A stretch of DNA of 64,000 nucleotides from a bacterium (GTDB lineage: Bacteria > UBA8248), in NCBI GenBank assembly GCA_965261085.1, contig OZ253442.1:1760001-1824000 (forward strand), in the 5' to 3' direction. This document shows positions 14,138 through 25,519 of this stretch, piece by piece. The position numbers and the translations under genes were made by a program. The notes beneath the pieces are model-generated. The model searched no databases. It was not told the origin of the DNA and saw only the letters and a program-made list of their open reading frames with translations. Position 1 is the first letter of the stretch. Every line of letters starts with the position of its first letter.

Positions 14138-15436
14138 ATGCAACTAATCGAGAAAATCCGCAAAAAACAGGTTCGCGTGTGCGTGATGGGTTTGGGGTAC
14201 GTCGGACTCCCGCTCGCGCTGGAGTTCGTGCGCGCAGGCTACCGGGTCTTCGGTCTGGATTCAGATTCCCGCCGGGTTCGTGACCTGAAAGAGGCGAAGA
14301 GCCATATTCTGGATGTTTCCTCAAAAAGCTTGGCTGCGGGGTTGGGGACGAATCGGCTCGAGTTCACTTGCGATCATCGAGCGATTGCGGAGGCCGACGC
14401 GATCAGCATTTGCGTCCCCACGCCGTTGGGCAAGACTGGCGACCCGGATTTGTCCTTCGTGCAATCCGCCATCGAGAGTATCGGGCATCACCGCAGGCGA
14501 GGGCAGCTTTATGTGCTCGAAAGCACCACCTACCCGGGGACGACCGAAGAAATCATTTTGCCCGTTTTATCCGAAGGAGGCTGGAAGGCGGGCGAGGATT
14601 TCTGCCTCGCTTTCTCACCCGAGCGTGTGGATCCCGGAAACGAGCGATACACCACGCGAAACATACCGAAAGTCGTGGGTGGCGTGACGCCAAAGTGCGC
14701 CGATTGCGCTTGCGCCTTGTATGAAGGAGTCATCGAGCAGATCGTACGGGTCGCCTCGCCCCGGGTCGCTGAGATGGTGAAGTTGCTCGAAAATACGTTT
14801 CGCAGCGTCAACATCGCCCTTGTGAACGAGATGGCGAAAATGTGCCATGCCCTCGACCTGGATGTTTGGGAGGTGATTGAGGCGGCGAAGACGAAGCCTT
14901 TCGGTTTCATGCCCTTTTATCCCGGGCCGGGTCTCGGAGGGCACTGTATACCCGTGGATCCCGTTTATTTGTCCTGGAAGGCGCGGCAGGCGGGATTCGA
15001 GTCGAAGTTCATCGACCTGGCCGATAAGGTGAACAACTCGATGCCGGGGTTTGTCGTGGAACTCATATCCAAGGCCCTGAACGAGACGGGCAAGGCGCTC
15101 AAGGGAGCGAGGATCCTGCTGGCCGGTGTGACGTATAAAGCGGACGTGTCCGACATCAGGGAGAGTCCCGCTTTAGACCTCTGGCTGCGTCTGGAGCGCC
15201 TCGGAGCGGTCGTTTGCTATTCGGACCCCCATGTGCCGAAAATCGACGCGCCCCCGATTAGGGCGCATTCGCGGCCTATCGGCGCCGATTTACTGCGTCA
15301 ATACGACTGCGTGGTCGTGCTCGCGAATCACGAATTATTGGACAGAGAGTGCATCCACGCCCATGCGAATTGCATCGTGGATACGCGAAACGCCTTCGCG
15401 GATTTCGAGCAAAACAGCCGTTTGTTCAAACTGTGA
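14138..15436 (+). CDS. Nucleotide-sugar dehydrogenase (UDP-GlcNAc/UDP-glucose 6-dehydrogenase family)
   Basis: GLGYVGLP, CVPTP, ESTTYPGTT, SPERVDPGN, GGHCIPVDP. Confidence 0.95.
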   Translation: MQLIEKIRKKQVRVCVMGLGYVGLPLALEFVRAGYRVFGLDSDSRRVRDLKEAKSHILDVSSKSLAAGLGTNRLEFTCDHRAIAEADAISICVPTPLGKTGDPDLSFVQSAIESIGHHRRRGQLYVLESTTYPGTTEEIILPVLSEGGWKAGEDFCLAFSPERVDPGNERYTTRNIPKVVGGVTPKCADCACALYEGVIEQIVRVASPRVAEMVKLLENTFRSVNIALVNEMAKMCHALDLDVWEVIEAAKTKPFGFMPFYPGPGLGGHCIPVDPVYLSWKARQAGFESKFIDLADKVNNSMPGFVVELISKALNETGKALKGARILLAGVTYKADVSDIRESPALDLWLRLERLGAVVCYSDPHVPKIDAPPIRAHSRPIGADLLRQYDCVVVLANHELLDRECIHAHANCIVDTRNAFADFEQNSRLFKL

Positions 15437-15649
15437 TGCGACTTTCTTCGGCCGATGGTTTCATTTGGAGTCGGCACTGGGTCTAAAGTGCATGAAAAAC
15501 AATAAAATACGCACTACGTCCGCGTCCGGGTCCCTTTCCCGGGAAATTCCGCCCGAGGTGGTTGACATCGCCCGGCCATCTGGGGTTTATATACACCCTC
15601 GTCTTCTCCAGGGAAGATTGTTTGTGAACCAAAGAAGAGAAGAGAGCCG

Positions 15650-16099
15650 ATGAGAATGTACCGCAAGACAGTCAGTCTCACGAAAGAGAAGGCCAACGCC
15701 CAGCGCGGTTGGGTGCTGGTGGATGCGAAAGACCAGACGCTGGGGCGTCTTTCCACGCGCGTGGCGACGTTGCTGCGCGGGAAGCACAAACCGGACTGGA
15801 CGCCGCACGTCGATAATGGCGAATACGTCGTCATCATCAATGCGGAGCGCATCATACTCACGGGCCGCAAGCTTACGGAGAAAAAGTATTATCGCCATTC
15901 CGGCTATCCGGGGCATCTCAAGGAGGTGAGTGCGGAGCGCATGCTGGAAACGCATCCTGAACGCGTGATAGAACACGCCGTGCGGGGAATGTTGCCCAAA
16001 AGCAAGCTGGGGCGCTCCCTGTTGCAGAAACTCAAAGTATACGCGGGCGAAAAACATCCGCATGAGGCGCAATGCCCCGAAGTGATTCAGTTTGACTGA
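15650..16099 (+). CDS. rplM: 50S ribosomal protein L13
   Basis: [32 protein letters not shown]. Confidence 0.98.
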   Translation: MRMYRKTVSLTKEKANAQRGWVLVDAKDQTLGRLSTRVATLLRGKHKPDWTPHVDNGEYVVIINAERIILTGRKLTEKKYYRHSGYPGHLKEVSAERMLETHPERVIEHAVRGMLPKSKLGRSLLQKLKVYAGEKHPHEAQCPEVIQFD

Positions 16100-16125
16100 A
16101 ACTCCAAGAGGTTTTTGAAATCGAT

Positions 16126-16521
16126 ATGGCTACGATACCGAAGCATTACGCAACGGGAAAACGGAAAACAGCCGTCGCGCGCGTCTGGATAGAGCCGGGC
16201 GATGGCAGAATTCTGGTCAACAACACGCCGGCGGACGAGTATTTCCTCCGCGACACCTCGCTCATGGTAATCAAGCAGCCCTTCGAGTTGACCGAGACCT
16301 GGGGCAGCTACGACGTGCGGGCAACCGTGAAGGGCGGGGGACTCACCGGTCAGGCGGGCGCCGTTCGCCACGGGATTTCAAAAGCCCTGTTGGACGTAGA
16401 CCCCGCATTTCGGACGATTCTGAAAAAAGCGGGCCTCATCACGCGCGATTCCCGCGTGAAAGAGCGCAAAAAATACGGCTTGAAAGGCGCGCGCAAGAGC
16501 TCCCAGTTCTCCAAGCGCTAA
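16126..16521 (+). CDS. rpsI: 30S ribosomal protein S9
   Basis: [37 protein letters not shown]. Confidence 0.98.
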   Translation: MATIPKHYATGKRKTAVARVWIEPGDGRILVNNTPADEYFLRDTSLMVIKQPFELTETWGSYDVRATVKGGGLTGQAGAVRHGISKALLDVDPAFRTILKKAGLITRDSRVKERKKYGLKGARKSSQFSKR

Positions 16522-16540
16522 CCACTGCGGTGGTCGATTC

Positions 16541-16570
16541 GGGGGCTGGCTTTGCCGGCCCCTTTTTTTG
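16541..16570 (+). terminator. Intrinsic terminator after rpsI
   Basis: GGGGCTGGC-TTT-GCCGGCCCC hairpin followed by a T-run. Confidence 0.8.
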
Positions 16571-16650
16571 TGCGGAAAAATGTATTCTAGCCGATATTCA
16601 TTTTGAGTGAGGTTTGATGCGAAGGGCCGAGGATTCTGGAGGAGAAGGAG

Positions 16651-17688
16651 ATGCCTAAAATCGCCGTGGTGGGCGCCACGGGATACACGGGTTTTGAATT
16701 ATTGAGGCTTCTCGGGTCGCACGGGGGGGTGGAGGTGATGGCCCTCACGTCCGAGACCTATGCAGGCAAGAAGGTGGATGAGGTGTTTCCCGCCCTCGCT
16801 TCGGTGCACGATCACACGCTCGTGAAGTTCGAGCTCTCCGTCTGCGAGGGAGCCGACCTCGTATTCTGCTGCCTGCCCCACCGGGTGGCGATGAACACCG
16901 TGCCCTCTTTGCTGGAAGCTGGTCACCGGGTGGTGGATTTTTCCGCGGATTACCGTTTGAGGGATTTCGGCGTGTATGAAGCCTGGTACAAGACCAAACA
17001 TACCTCACCCGAGAGGATAGCGGACGCCGTCTACGGAATACCCGAACTCTATCGCGAGGACATCAAGAAGGCGCGCCTCGTCGCCAACCCGGGTTGTTAC
17101 CCCACGGGAGCGATTCTCTCCCTCGCCCCGCTTTTGAGGGCGGGACTCATCAAGCCCGATTCCATCATCGTGGATGCTAAATCGGGTGTTTCAGGAGCGG
17201 GCAGAAAAGCGGACCTGGGCCTTCAGTTCGGTGAGGTGAACGAGGGCTTTAAAGCCTATGGCGTCGGGAACCATCGCCATACGCCCGAAATCGAGCAGGA
17301 ATTGTCCGTCGCCTTAGGCGACGCCGTGCAGGTTTCCTTCACACCGCATCTGGCGCCCATGACACGGGGCATTCTCTCGACCATATACGCTGGGGGCGAG
17401 GGAGGCGCCGATGCTTCGGCGGTTCGGGCGGCGCTGCGCGACGCCTATGCGGATGAGCCGTTCATCCGCCTGATGCCCGAGGGCGCGCTTCCCAACGTAA
17501 CGCAGGTGGCCGGCTCGAATTACGTGGACATCGGGCTGGTTTATGATGAGCGGACGTCGCGCTTTATCGTTGTGGTGGCGATAGATAATCTGGTGAAAGG
17601 CGCATCGGGAGCGGCGGTTCAGAACATGAATCTGATGCTGGGGCTTCCCGAGACGCAAGGTCTCCTTCACCCGGGGTTTTGGATGTGA
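16651..17688 (+). CDS. argC: N-acetyl-gamma-glutamyl-phosphate reductase
   Basis: GATGYTG, ANPGCYPT, SGVSGAGR, DNLVKGASG. Confidence 0.97.
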   Translation: MPKIAVVGATGYTGFELLRLLGSHGGVEVMALTSETYAGKKVDEVFPALASVHDHTLVKFELSVCEGADLVFCCLPHRVAMNTVPSLLEAGHRVVDFSADYRLRDFGVYEAWYKTKHTSPERIADAVYGIPELYREDIKKARLVANPGCYPTGAILSLAPLLRAGLIKPDSIIVDAKSGVSGAGRKADLGLQFGEVNEGFKAYGVGNHRHTPEIEQELSVALGDAVQVSFTPHLAPMTRGILSTIYAGGEGGADASAVRAALRDAYADEPFIRLMPEGALPNVTQVAGSNYVDIGLVYDERTSRFIVVVAIDNLVKGASGAAVQNMNLMLGLPETQGLLHPGFWM

Positions 17689-18899
17689 GCGAACAAGAAT
17701 TCATACAGGCGATTGATGGCGGCATCTGCGCGGCCGAGGGAGTCCGCGCCGCATCGGTGACGGCGGGCATCAAGCCCTCGGGCAAGCCCGATATGGTGTT
17801 GCTTGTCTTTGACCCCCCGGCTACGGCTGCGGGTGTTTATACCCAGAACAAGATGTGCGCCGCTCCGGTCACCCTGTGCAGGGAGCGGGTCGGGAAATCG
17901 CCTTTGCGGGCGTTTCTCGTCAACAGCGGCAACGCGAACGCCTGCACGGGCGGGCAGGGTTATGAGGACGCAGTAACCCTGTGCGGCGTGGTGGCGGATT
18001 CGCTCGATTGCCCGGAAGCGCAAGTCGCCATGTCTTCCACCGGGCTTATAGGCGCTCCGCTCCCGGTGGACGTCATGAAGGCCCAGATCGGGAATCTGGT
18101 GTCCGGCCTTTCCGCGGATAACGGCCACGAGGCGGCGGTGGGTATCATGACGACCGACACGCGGCCCAAGGAGCACGCCGTCCGGGTGAGCGTGGATGAA
18201 GGCGTTTTCCACATCGGTGGCATCACCAAGGGTGCCGGTATGATCGCCCCCAACATGGCGACCATGCTCGCCTATATTGCGACCGACGCCGCCTGCTCGC
18301 AAACCGACCTCCAGGCCATCCTGCGGGCCGTCGTGCGCAAGACGTTCAACTGCGTGACGATTGACGGCGACACCTCGACGAACGACACGGTGATTCTGGC
18401 CGCCACGGGCGCATCCGGCGTTGCGTTGGAATCGGCGGATGCCCTGGCGCGGTTCAAGGCGGGGCTTTACCGGGTGTGCAAGGAACTGGCCCTGGCCATC
18501 GTTCGCGATGGGGAGGGAGTCAACAAGGTGGTGGAGGTGAAAATCACGGGCGCCGCCAGCGAGGAGCAGGCGCATCTGGCGGCGAAGTCGGTTTCCGAGA
18601 GCCTGTTGGTGAAGACGGCCATTCATGGCGAGATGCCCAACTGGGGCCGAATGTTCGCGGCGGCCGGCTACAGCGGCGCGGACATGGCGCCCGAGAAGAT
18701 GTCGCTGAGATTCGAGAACGTGGAAGTGATGCGCGATGGCGCGCCTGTTCCCGGCTGGACCGAAGCCCTGGCTCCCTTGCTCAAGCAGCCCGAATACGGC
18801 CTCGAACTGGGCTTGGGGGTTGGTGATGCGGAGGCCGTCTTTTGGACGACGGATTTGAGCGCGGAATACGTGCGGTTCAACGCGGATTACAAGACGTGA
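17685..18899 (+). CDS. argJ: Ornithine acetyltransferase ArgJ
   Basis: NSGNANACTG, IMTTDT, KGAGMIAPNMATML, DGDTSTND. Confidence 0.97.
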   Translation: MSEQEFIQAIDGGICAAEGVRAASVTAGIKPSGKPDMVLLVFDPPATAAGVYTQNKMCAAPVTLCRERVGKSPLRAFLVNSGNANACTGGQGYEDAVTLCGVVADSLDCPEAQVAMSSTGLIGAPLPVDVMKAQIGNLVSGLSADNGHEAAVGIMTTDTRPKEHAVRVSVDEGVFHIGGITKGAGMIAPNMATMLAYIATDAACSQTDLQAILRAVVRKTFNCVTIDGDTSTNDTVILAATGASGVALESADALARFKAGLYRVCKELALAIVRDGEGVNKVVEVKITGAASEEQAHLAAKSVSESLLVKTAIHGEMPNWGRMFAAAGYSGADMAPEKMSLRFENVEVMRDGAPVPGWTEALAPLLKQPEYGLELGLGVGDAEAVFWTTDLSAEYVRFNADYKT

Positions 18900-19094
18900 A
18901 CGCTTTTGATTCGCAGACTTGAATCGTCGGTGTTCTTATGAGACATTCCATGCGCCGAACGGTGGCGGACGCCGTGGTGGCGGAGCTGCTCGGCGAATTA
19001 CTCAAACAAAATCAAATGCTTAAAAATTCGGTCTCATCCGCCAAGAGACTGGCGGGGCCCCCCTGATGAAAGGCGGGGCAAAAGGAGTGTTCCC

Positions 19095-19892
19095 TTGAAC
19101 CCGATTACATTGCGCGAGTTGCTGGAAGCCGGCGCCCACTTCGGGCACCAGACCACCCGATGGAACCCCAAGATGCGCCCCTATATTTTCGGCGCGCGAA
19201 ACGGGATTTACATCATCGACCTTCAAAAAACCCTCAAGTTGTTCAACACCGCTCGGGAGGTGATTCGCGATATCGCCGCGAAGGACGGCAAGGTGCTCTT
19301 TGTGGGAACGAAACAACAGGCCCAGGAAATCGTGATGGAAGAGGCCCGCAACGTGGGAATGCCCTTCGTCACCCAGCGCTGGCTCGGCGGGACGCTCACG
19401 AATTTCTCGACGATCAAAAATTCCATTGCGCGTCTTCTCGATCTGGAGACGATGAAGAACGACGGCACCTTCGAGCTTTTGGCCAAAAAAGAGGCCGTCA
19501 GGCGCGAGAAGGACATGGCGCGGCTCGAGAAGTTCCTGGGTGGCATCAAGCATATGGACAAGCTGCCGCAAGCCATGTTCATCGTCGATACGGGTCATGA
19601 GTACAACGCCATTAGCGAGGCCAGGAAACTGGGGATTCCCGTCATAGCGGTAGTGGACACGAATTCCAACCCCGACGGGGTGGATCATATCCTGCCGGGC
19701 AATGACGACGCCCTACGCTCGATTCGCTTCTTCGTGTCGCGGGTGGCGGAGGCCATCGCAGAGGGAGCCACCGTGCGCAAGGAGACTGGGGCCGAGGACG
19801 TCGAAGCCGTCGTCGCATCGGGCGACGCGGTGGCGGCGGAAATGATGGCGGTGGCCGCTGCGGGCGGCGAGGGAACAAAAGCGGAAAAATAA
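19095..19892 (+). CDS. rpsB: 30S ribosomal protein S2
   Basis: [32 protein letters not shown]. Confidence 0.98.
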   Translation: MNPITLRELLEAGAHFGHQTTRWNPKMRPYIFGARNGIYIIDLQKTLKLFNTAREVIRDIAAKDGKVLFVGTKQQAQEIVMEEARNVGMPFVTQRWLGGTLTNFSTIKNSIARLLDLETMKNDGTFELLAKKEAVRREKDMARLEKFLGGIKHMDKLPQAMFIVDTGHEYNAISEARKLGIPVIAVVDTNSNPDGVDHILPGNDDALRSIRFFVSRVAEAIAEGATVRKETGAEDVEAVVASGDAVAAEMMAVAAAGGEGTKAEK

Positions 19893-19941
19893 CCTTTACT
19901 TTTTCAGTGATTGCTGGATTTCATGAGGAGAGGTGCAGGGC

Positions 19942-20820
19942 ATGGAAGTAACTGCTCAGATGGTCAAGGAGTTAAGAACCCGCACCGGTGCGGGCATCAT
20001 GGATTGCAAGGAAGCCCTCAAGGAAAACGAGGGAGATTTTGATGAAGCGGTGCGTTATTTGCGGGAAAAAGGACTTTCCAGCGCCGCCAAGAAGGCAGGG
20101 CGCGCGGCGAGCGAGGGCCAGGTATACGCTTCTCTTGGAGAAGACGGCCGTATGGGCGCCATCGTCGAGGTGAATTGCGAGACCGATTTCGTGGCCCGCA
20201 CGGATGATTTTCAAGCGCTTCTCGAAACCGTAGCGAGCCATGTGAAGGACAATGGAGGCGATAATCTCGCCGAAGCGCTGAAAGATGTGTCTACGGGGGC
20301 TATTGCCAAACTGGGCGAGAACATCGTCGTCACTCGCGGGGAGCGCCTCGCCTTGGGAGACGGCGATTTGGGTAAGGTGGTTTCCTATATTCACCCGGGC
20401 GGTCGGATTGGCGTCTTGCTTGGGGTGAGATGTGAAACGTCCGAGAAGACGGGTGATGCCGCATTCGGCGAAACTGCACGCGATCTGGCGATGCACATCG
20501 CGGCGAGCAGTCCACAATTTCTCTCGGAAGATCAGGTGCCGGAAGTGGTTCTGCAGAGTGAGCGAGAGATTCTTCTTGCCCAGCAGAAAGATTCCGGAAA
20601 GCCCGAGAACATTTTGGAGAAAATCGTCGAAGGACGCATCAAGAAATACAAAAAAGAGATTTGCCTGCTCGATCAGCCATTCGTCAAGGACCCCGACAAG
20701 ATGGTTCAGGCGTATTTGAAAGACAGAAGCGCGGAATTGGGTGAAGAAATTCGGGTTTCTTCCTGGGCTCGCTTTCAACTCGGTGAACTTTCCGCGTCGG
20801 ATGTAGGTAGGTCTTTCTAA
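19942..20820 (+). CDS. tsf: Elongation factor Ts
   Basis: [25 protein letters not shown]. Confidence 0.97.
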   Translation: MEVTAQMVKELRTRTGAGIMDCKEALKENEGDFDEAVRYLREKGLSSAAKKAGRAASEGQVYASLGEDGRMGAIVEVNCETDFVARTDDFQALLETVASHVKDNGGDNLAEALKDVSTGAIAKLGENIVVTRGERLALGDGDLGKVVSYIHPGGRIGVLLGVRCETSEKTGDAAFGETARDLAMHIAASSPQFLSEDQVPEVVLQSEREILLAQQKDSGKPENILEKIVEGRIKKYKKEICLLDQPFVKDPDKMVQAYLKDRSAELGEEIRVSSWARFQLGELSASDVGRSF

Positions 20821-20872
20821 CGAATTATTCGCACCGCCCGTTGTCATTGGCTTGAAATTTCTGGGGATGTCC

Positions 20873-21601
20873 ATGCGCGGCGACCTGCGATTCAAGAAGA
20901 TTTTGCTCAAACTCTCAGGCGAAGCACTGGGGGGAGATCTCAAGTATGGGATCGACCATAATGTCGTTGACGACATAGCGCAAGAAATCCATGAAATCCA
21001 CCACATGGGAGTCGAAATCGCCATTGTCGTAGGCGGCGGGAACATCTTCCGGGGCGCGGCTGCCGCCGCTACCGGCATGGAGCGCACCAACGCCGACTAC
21101 ATGGGTATGCTCGGTACGGTCATCAACGCTCTGGCTCTTCAGCACGCGCTCGAGAAAGTGGACCTCGCCACGCGCGTCCAGAGCGCCATCCACATGGCGG
21201 AGTTGTGCGAGCCCTACATCAGAAGGCGCGCGATACGCCACATGGAAAAAGGCCGGGTCGTCATCTTCGCCGGCGGCACCGGCAATCCCTACTTTACGAC
21301 GGATACCACCGCGAGTCTCAGAGCCATAGAGGTGGGTGCCGAGTGCATACTCAAGGCCACGAATGTGGATGGCGTTTTCTCCGCCGATCCCAATCAAGAC
21401 GATACGGCCGAGTTCATCGATGAGTTGACGTATATCGAGGTGCTCAATCGCCAACTCGCCGTCATGGACACCACCGCCGTGAGCTTGTGCATGGACAACA
21501 ATTTGCCCATTATTGTCTTTAACCTGCTAAAGCCCGGCAACATTCGCCGCGTGGTGGAGGGCGAGCAGGTGGGGACTTTGGTGAAGGCCGCCGGGGTCTG
21601 A
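20873..21601 (+). CDS. pyrH: UMP kinase
   Basis: [27 protein letters not shown]. Confidence 0.97.
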   Translation: MRGDLRFKKILLKLSGEALGGDLKYGIDHNVVDDIAQEIHEIHHMGVEIAIVVGGGNIFRGAAAAATGMERTNADYMGMLGTVINALALQHALEKVDLATRVQSAIHMAELCEPYIRRRAIRHMEKGRVVIFAGGTGNPYFTTDTTASLRAIEVGAECILKATNVDGVFSADPNQDDTAEFIDELTYIEVLNRQLAVMDTTAVSLCMDNNLPIIVFNLLKPGNIRRVVEGEQVGTLVKAAGV

Positions 21602-21699
21602 TGGGGCGCGGGTCGCACTAGCCCGGAATCGGCGCGCGAGAGTCTTTGACGAGAGGTGTAAAGTGATGATTTTGGACTTCCTACAGGGAGAGATGGTCG

Positions 21700-22254
21700 A
21701 TGGATGAGGTTCTCGCCGCGTTAAGGAAAAGGATGCTGGCTACTGTGGAATCATACAAGTCGGAAATCGCCCGCGTGCGAACCGGGCGCGCTTCCACGAA
21801 TCTCATCAGTGGGGTGATGGTCGACTACTATGGAACGTCCACGCCGCTGAATCAACTCGCCACCCTGAACGTGCCTGAACCACAACTCATCATCGTTCAG
21901 CCTTTCGACATCAACTCGTTGGGCGACATCGAAAAGGCGATTCAATCGGCGGAGCTGGGCTTGAACCCATCGAACGACGGTAAGATCATCCGCGTTCCGG
22001 TGCCGGCGCTCACCGAGGAGCGCCGCAAGGAGATGGTGAAACTACTCAAGAAGATGACCGAAGAGCATAAGGTCGCGCTTCGCAACATTCGGCGCGATGG
22101 CAACGATGACATAAAAAACCTTGAGAAGAACAATGAGATTACCGAGGATGATCTCAGGAAAGGGCAGGGGGACGTTCAGAGGTTGACGGATCAGTTCGTC
22201 TCCGATTTGGATGACTTGCTTTCAGCTAAAGAGAAAGAGATTCTAGAGGTCTAG
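21700..22254 (+). CDS. frr: Ribosome recycling factor
   Basis: RTGRA, VDYYG, LGLNPSNDG, LTEERRKE. Confidence 0.97.
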   Translation: MDEVLAALRKRMLATVESYKSEIARVRTGRASTNLISGVMVDYYGTSTPLNQLATLNVPEPQLIIVQPFDINSLGDIEKAIQSAELGLNPSNDGKIIRVPVPALTEERRKEMVKLLKKMTEEHKVALRNIRRDGNDDIKNLEKNNEITEDDLRKGQGDVQRLTDQFVSDLDDLLSAKEKEILEV

Positions 22255-22271
22255 TTTTCACCGGAGCGTGT

Positions 22272-23030
22272 ATGGAATCTCGCATCGACTCACGCATCGA
22301 TCTTGAACGGCTTCCCCGCCATATCGGCGTTATCATGGACGGTAACGGTCGCTGGGCCCAAAAACGGTTCCTCCCCCGAGTCGCTGGTCACCGGGAGGGC
22401 GTGAAATCGGTCGATAAGGTGGTGGCGCATGCGCGCCGCATCGGTATCAAAGCTCTTACTCTGTATAGCTTCTCTCTGGAGAATTGGAACAGACCCAAAG
22501 ACGAGGTAGACGCGCTCATGGATATCCTGGCGGATTACCTCGAACGTGAACTTCAAAGGATGCTCAGAGAGGGTATCCGTTTCAATACGATCGGGCACGA
22601 AGAGGATTTGCCCTTGTTTGCGCGTGAGATCGTTCACCGCGTAAAAGAGCAAACGGCAGACCAGGATGGGATGGTTTTGACTTTGGCGCTGAGTTACGGC
22701 GCACGGCGGGAAATCACCGACGCGGCGAGAGCCATCTCCAGGGAAGTGCAGAAAGGGATGCTTCAGCCCGAGGAAATCGATGAAAGTGACGTCGAGCGCC
22801 ATCTGTATACGGCGGATTTGCCCAAACTCGACCTCTTGATTCGGACCAGCGGCGAACTCAGGCTCTCCAACTATCTTCTCTGGCAAGCGGCGTATGCGGA
22901 ACTGTATTTCACGGATATCAAGTGGCCCGAATTCGGAGAACGCGAACTCGAAGACGCCATTCTCGCCTATCAGTCCCGGGTGCGGAAATTCGGTCTCACC
23001 GAGGAGCAGTTCACGACTCGGAGAAACTAG
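22272..23030 (+). CDS. uppS: Isoprenyl transferase (undecaprenyl diphosphate synthase)
   Basis: IMDGNGRWA, FS.ENW.RP, IRTSGE.RLSN.LLWQ. Confidence 0.97.
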   Translation: MESRIDSRIDLERLPRHIGVIMDGNGRWAQKRFLPRVAGHREGVKSVDKVVAHARRIGIKALTLYSFSLENWNRPKDEVDALMDILADYLERELQRMLREGIRFNTIGHEEDLPLFAREIVHRVKEQTADQDGMVLTLALSYGARREITDAARAISREVQKGMLQPEEIDESDVERHLYTADLPKLDLLIRTSGELRLSNYLLWQAAYAELYFTDIKWPEFGERELEDAILAYQSRVRKFGLTEEQFTTRRN

Positions 23031-23033
23031 GTT

Positions 23034-23825
23034 TTGACCCGCCTCATCAGCGCCCTGGTTCTTGCGGCGCCCATTCTCGTCGTCTTGTTTTTCACCTCTT
23101 CGGCCGTATTTCTCTGTGTGGTGCTTCTGCTCGTTTTTCGCGCGGGATGGGAATTTCAGACCCTGATCAACCTTTGCGGATGGCGCGTGAGAGCATGGGA
23201 AGGAGCCCTGGATGCCTGTGCTTTTGTGCTCGCCGTTTGGGTGGGCGGCCTTTTGCCGGCGGCGGTCCTCGCGGTGATTTTGTTTCGCGTCTTTCTCAAG
23301 GCGTTTTCGAGTGAGGCCCTTCGGGACAGTCTCTCCTTGACGGGCATGTCGCTTCTCGGCGTGATATGGGTGGGCGGCGCCGGTGGTTTGATCGCGCTTA
23401 TCAGGACTTTCCCGGGTGGCATGGAGGCCACTTTCTTTTTGTTCGTCGTCGTCTGGGCGAATGATATCGCGGCGATGTTCACCGGCAAGATGCTGGGCAA
23501 TAGAAAAATCGCCCCGAGAATCAGCCCCGGGAAAACGGTGGAAGGAGCAATCGGGGGGATCCTAGCAGGTGTCCTCGTGGGTGTCCTCACGGCGTTATAT
23601 ATGGATGTCCCCGGTGTCGACCCGTGGCTCGCGATTCCTGTTTCGGTCTTAATTGGACTATTCGCACTGATAGGGGATTTGGGTGAATCGCTACTAAAGC
23701 GCGCTGCCGGCGAGAAAGACTCGTCGGACATCATCCCGGGTCATGGGGGCCTGCTCGACAGAATTGATGGTTTGCTTATGGCGGGCCCTGCGTTTTACTG
23801 TTACTTGTACTGGATCCGGTTTTAG
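23034..23825 (+). CDS. cdsA: Phosphatidate cytidylyltransferase
   Basis: SPGKTVEG, GDL.ES.LKR, KDS...PGHGG.LDR.D. Confidence 0.95.
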   Translation: MTRLISALVLAAPILVVLFFTSSAVFLCVVLLLVFRAGWEFQTLINLCGWRVRAWEGALDACAFVLAVWVGGLLPAAVLAVILFRVFLKAFSSEALRDSLSLTGMSLLGVIWVGGAGGLIALIRTFPGGMEATFFLFVVVWANDIAAMFTGKMLGNRKIAPRISPGKTVEGAIGGILAGVLVGVLTALYMDVPGVDPWLAIPVSVLIGLFALIGDLGESLLKRAAGEKDSSDIIPGHGGLLDRIDGLLMAGPAFYCYLYWIRF

Positions 23826-23853
23826 AGCATCGCGCACCGGGGGTAGCCGAAAA

Positions 23854-25023
23854 ATGGAACGGCGAAAAATTGCCATATTAGGCTCTACCGGCAGCATCGG
23901 GGAAAATGCTCTCAGCGTCGTGGCGCAATTTCCCGAGAGAATCGACGTAGTGGCGCTTGCCGCTGGAAGAAATTGGAAGCGTCTATTAGAGCAGGCGAGG
24001 CGGTTTCGGCCGGACATTGTATCCGTGGCCGATGATGCGGACGCGGCGCGAATCAAGGATGCGCTCCCGCCCGGGACCCGCGTGCTTTCGGGGGATGAGG
24101 GCTTGAGGGAGGTGGCCGCGGGTGCGGGCGCAAGTCTCGTGGTCTCCGCTCTGGTGGGCGCGGCGGGATTACCACCGACGCTGGCCGCCATCGATGTGGG
24201 CGCCTCGATTGCGCTTGCGAACAAAGAAGTCCTCGTCATGGCTGGAGAGCTCGTTACGTCGCGCGTTTCGGCCCGGGGGGTCGAGTTGCTCCCTGTCGAT
24301 AGCGAACACGCGGGCGTGTCGCAAGCGCTGGCGGGCAGGCCGCAGTTCCAGGTGGAGCGGGTCGTGCTTACGGCCTCGGGCGGCCCTTTCCGGAACCATT
24401 CCATAGAGGCGATGAAGAACGTATCCCTTGAAGAAGCATTGAATCATCCGAACTGGAAGATGGGCCCCAAGATTACCATTGATTCCGCATCCATGATGAA
24501 CAAGGGTCTTGAAATTATCGAAGCAAGGTGGCTCTTCGGGCTCAAGCCAGAACAGGTGGACGTGCTGGTTCATCCACAGAGCATCGTGCACGCCATGGTG
24601 GAGTTCGTCGACGGGAGTTTCGTGGCGCAAATGAGCATGCCCGACATGCGGATTCCCATCGCCCAGGCCATTTTCTCTCCGGAGAGGTTGCCCATCGATT
24701 CTCCAAGACTCGATTTGGCGCAGGTCGGCTCCCTGACGTTCGAAGCCCCTGCCCCTGAGCGATTCCCCTGCCTCGTCCATGCCAAAAACGCGATGCGCGA
24801 GGGGGGGACGGCCCCTGCCGTTCTCAACGCGGCGAACGAGGTGGCCGTCGCGTCGTTCTTGTCGGGCGCGTCGAAATTCACGGATATCCCGGATGTAGTG
24901 AGGGCTGCGCTGGAAGCGCACGAGAAGATGGAGGCGGATGGGCTGGAGACGATTCTGGAGGCGGATCGCTGGGCGAGGGAGTACGCCGCCTCCCGCCTGA
25001 ACGGAACCGCCACAAGCCACTAA
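23854..25023 (+). CDS. dxr: 1-deoxy-D-xylulose-5-phosphate reductoisomerase
   Basis: LGSTGSIG, LANKE, PVDSEH, HPNWKMG.KITIDS. Confidence 0.97.
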   Translation: MERRKIAILGSTGSIGENALSVVAQFPERIDVVALAAGRNWKRLLEQARRFRPDIVSVADDADAARIKDALPPGTRVLSGDEGLREVAAGAGASLVVSALVGAAGLPPTLAAIDVGASIALANKEVLVMAGELVTSRVSARGVELLPVDSEHAGVSQALAGRPQFQVERVVLTASGGPFRNHSIEAMKNVSLEEALNHPNWKMGPKITIDSASMMNKGLEIIEARWLFGLKPEQVDVLVHPQSIVHAMVEFVDGSFVAQMSMPDMRIPIAQAIFSPERLPIDSPRLDLAQVGSLTFEAPAPERFPCLVHAKNAMREGGTAPAVLNAANEVAVASFLSGASKFTDIPDVVRAALEAHEKMEADGLETILEADRWAREYAASRLNGTATSH

Positions 25024-25028
25024 AATCA

Positions 25029-25499
25029 ATGAACCATCGAGATGAGAGCGAGGCCTTGCCCCGGCTTGTCGCCACGCTGGGAGGCCTTGGGCTGGTTCCT
25101 CTCGCACCGGGAACAGTGGCTTCTCTCTTTGCTGTTCTGGCGTATTTTTTGCTCTATGAGCTCAACCCCTATGCACCAGTCTTGTTTTTGATCTTCCTGA
25201 TTCCCATCGCCATATGGGGGTCCGGCAAATACGAAGCGAGTATGAATCAGCAAGACCCCCCGGAAATCGTCGTGGATGAATGGGTGGGCCAGTTCATCTG
25301 CTTCATCGGGGTCGAGCCGAGCTTAAGCGCTCTGGTAGCGGGTTTTTTCCTTTTTCGTATTTTTGACATTATCAAACTGCCGCCGGTCCGGCGCCTGGAA
25401 GAGTTGTCGGGCGGGTTGGGCGTCGTGGCGGACGACGTTGCCGCGGGAATTATCGGCTGGGTAATCTTGTTTGGTCTGTCGTACTTGGGAGTCGTTTGA
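25029..25499 (+). CDS. pgpA: Phosphatidylglycerophosphatase A
   Basis: APGT, DP.EIVVDE.VG, FRIFDI.K, GGLGVVADD. Confidence 0.92.
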   Translation: MNHRDESEALPRLVATLGGLGLVPLAPGTVASLFAVLAYFLLYELNPYAPVLFLIFLIPIAIWGSGKYEASMNQQDPPEIVVDEWVGQFICFIGVEPSLSALVAGFFLFRIFDIIKLPPVRRLEELSGGLGVVADDVAAGIIGWVILFGLSYLGVV

Positions 25500-25519
25500 T
25501 TTCTGGGGAGCAAAGGCGA

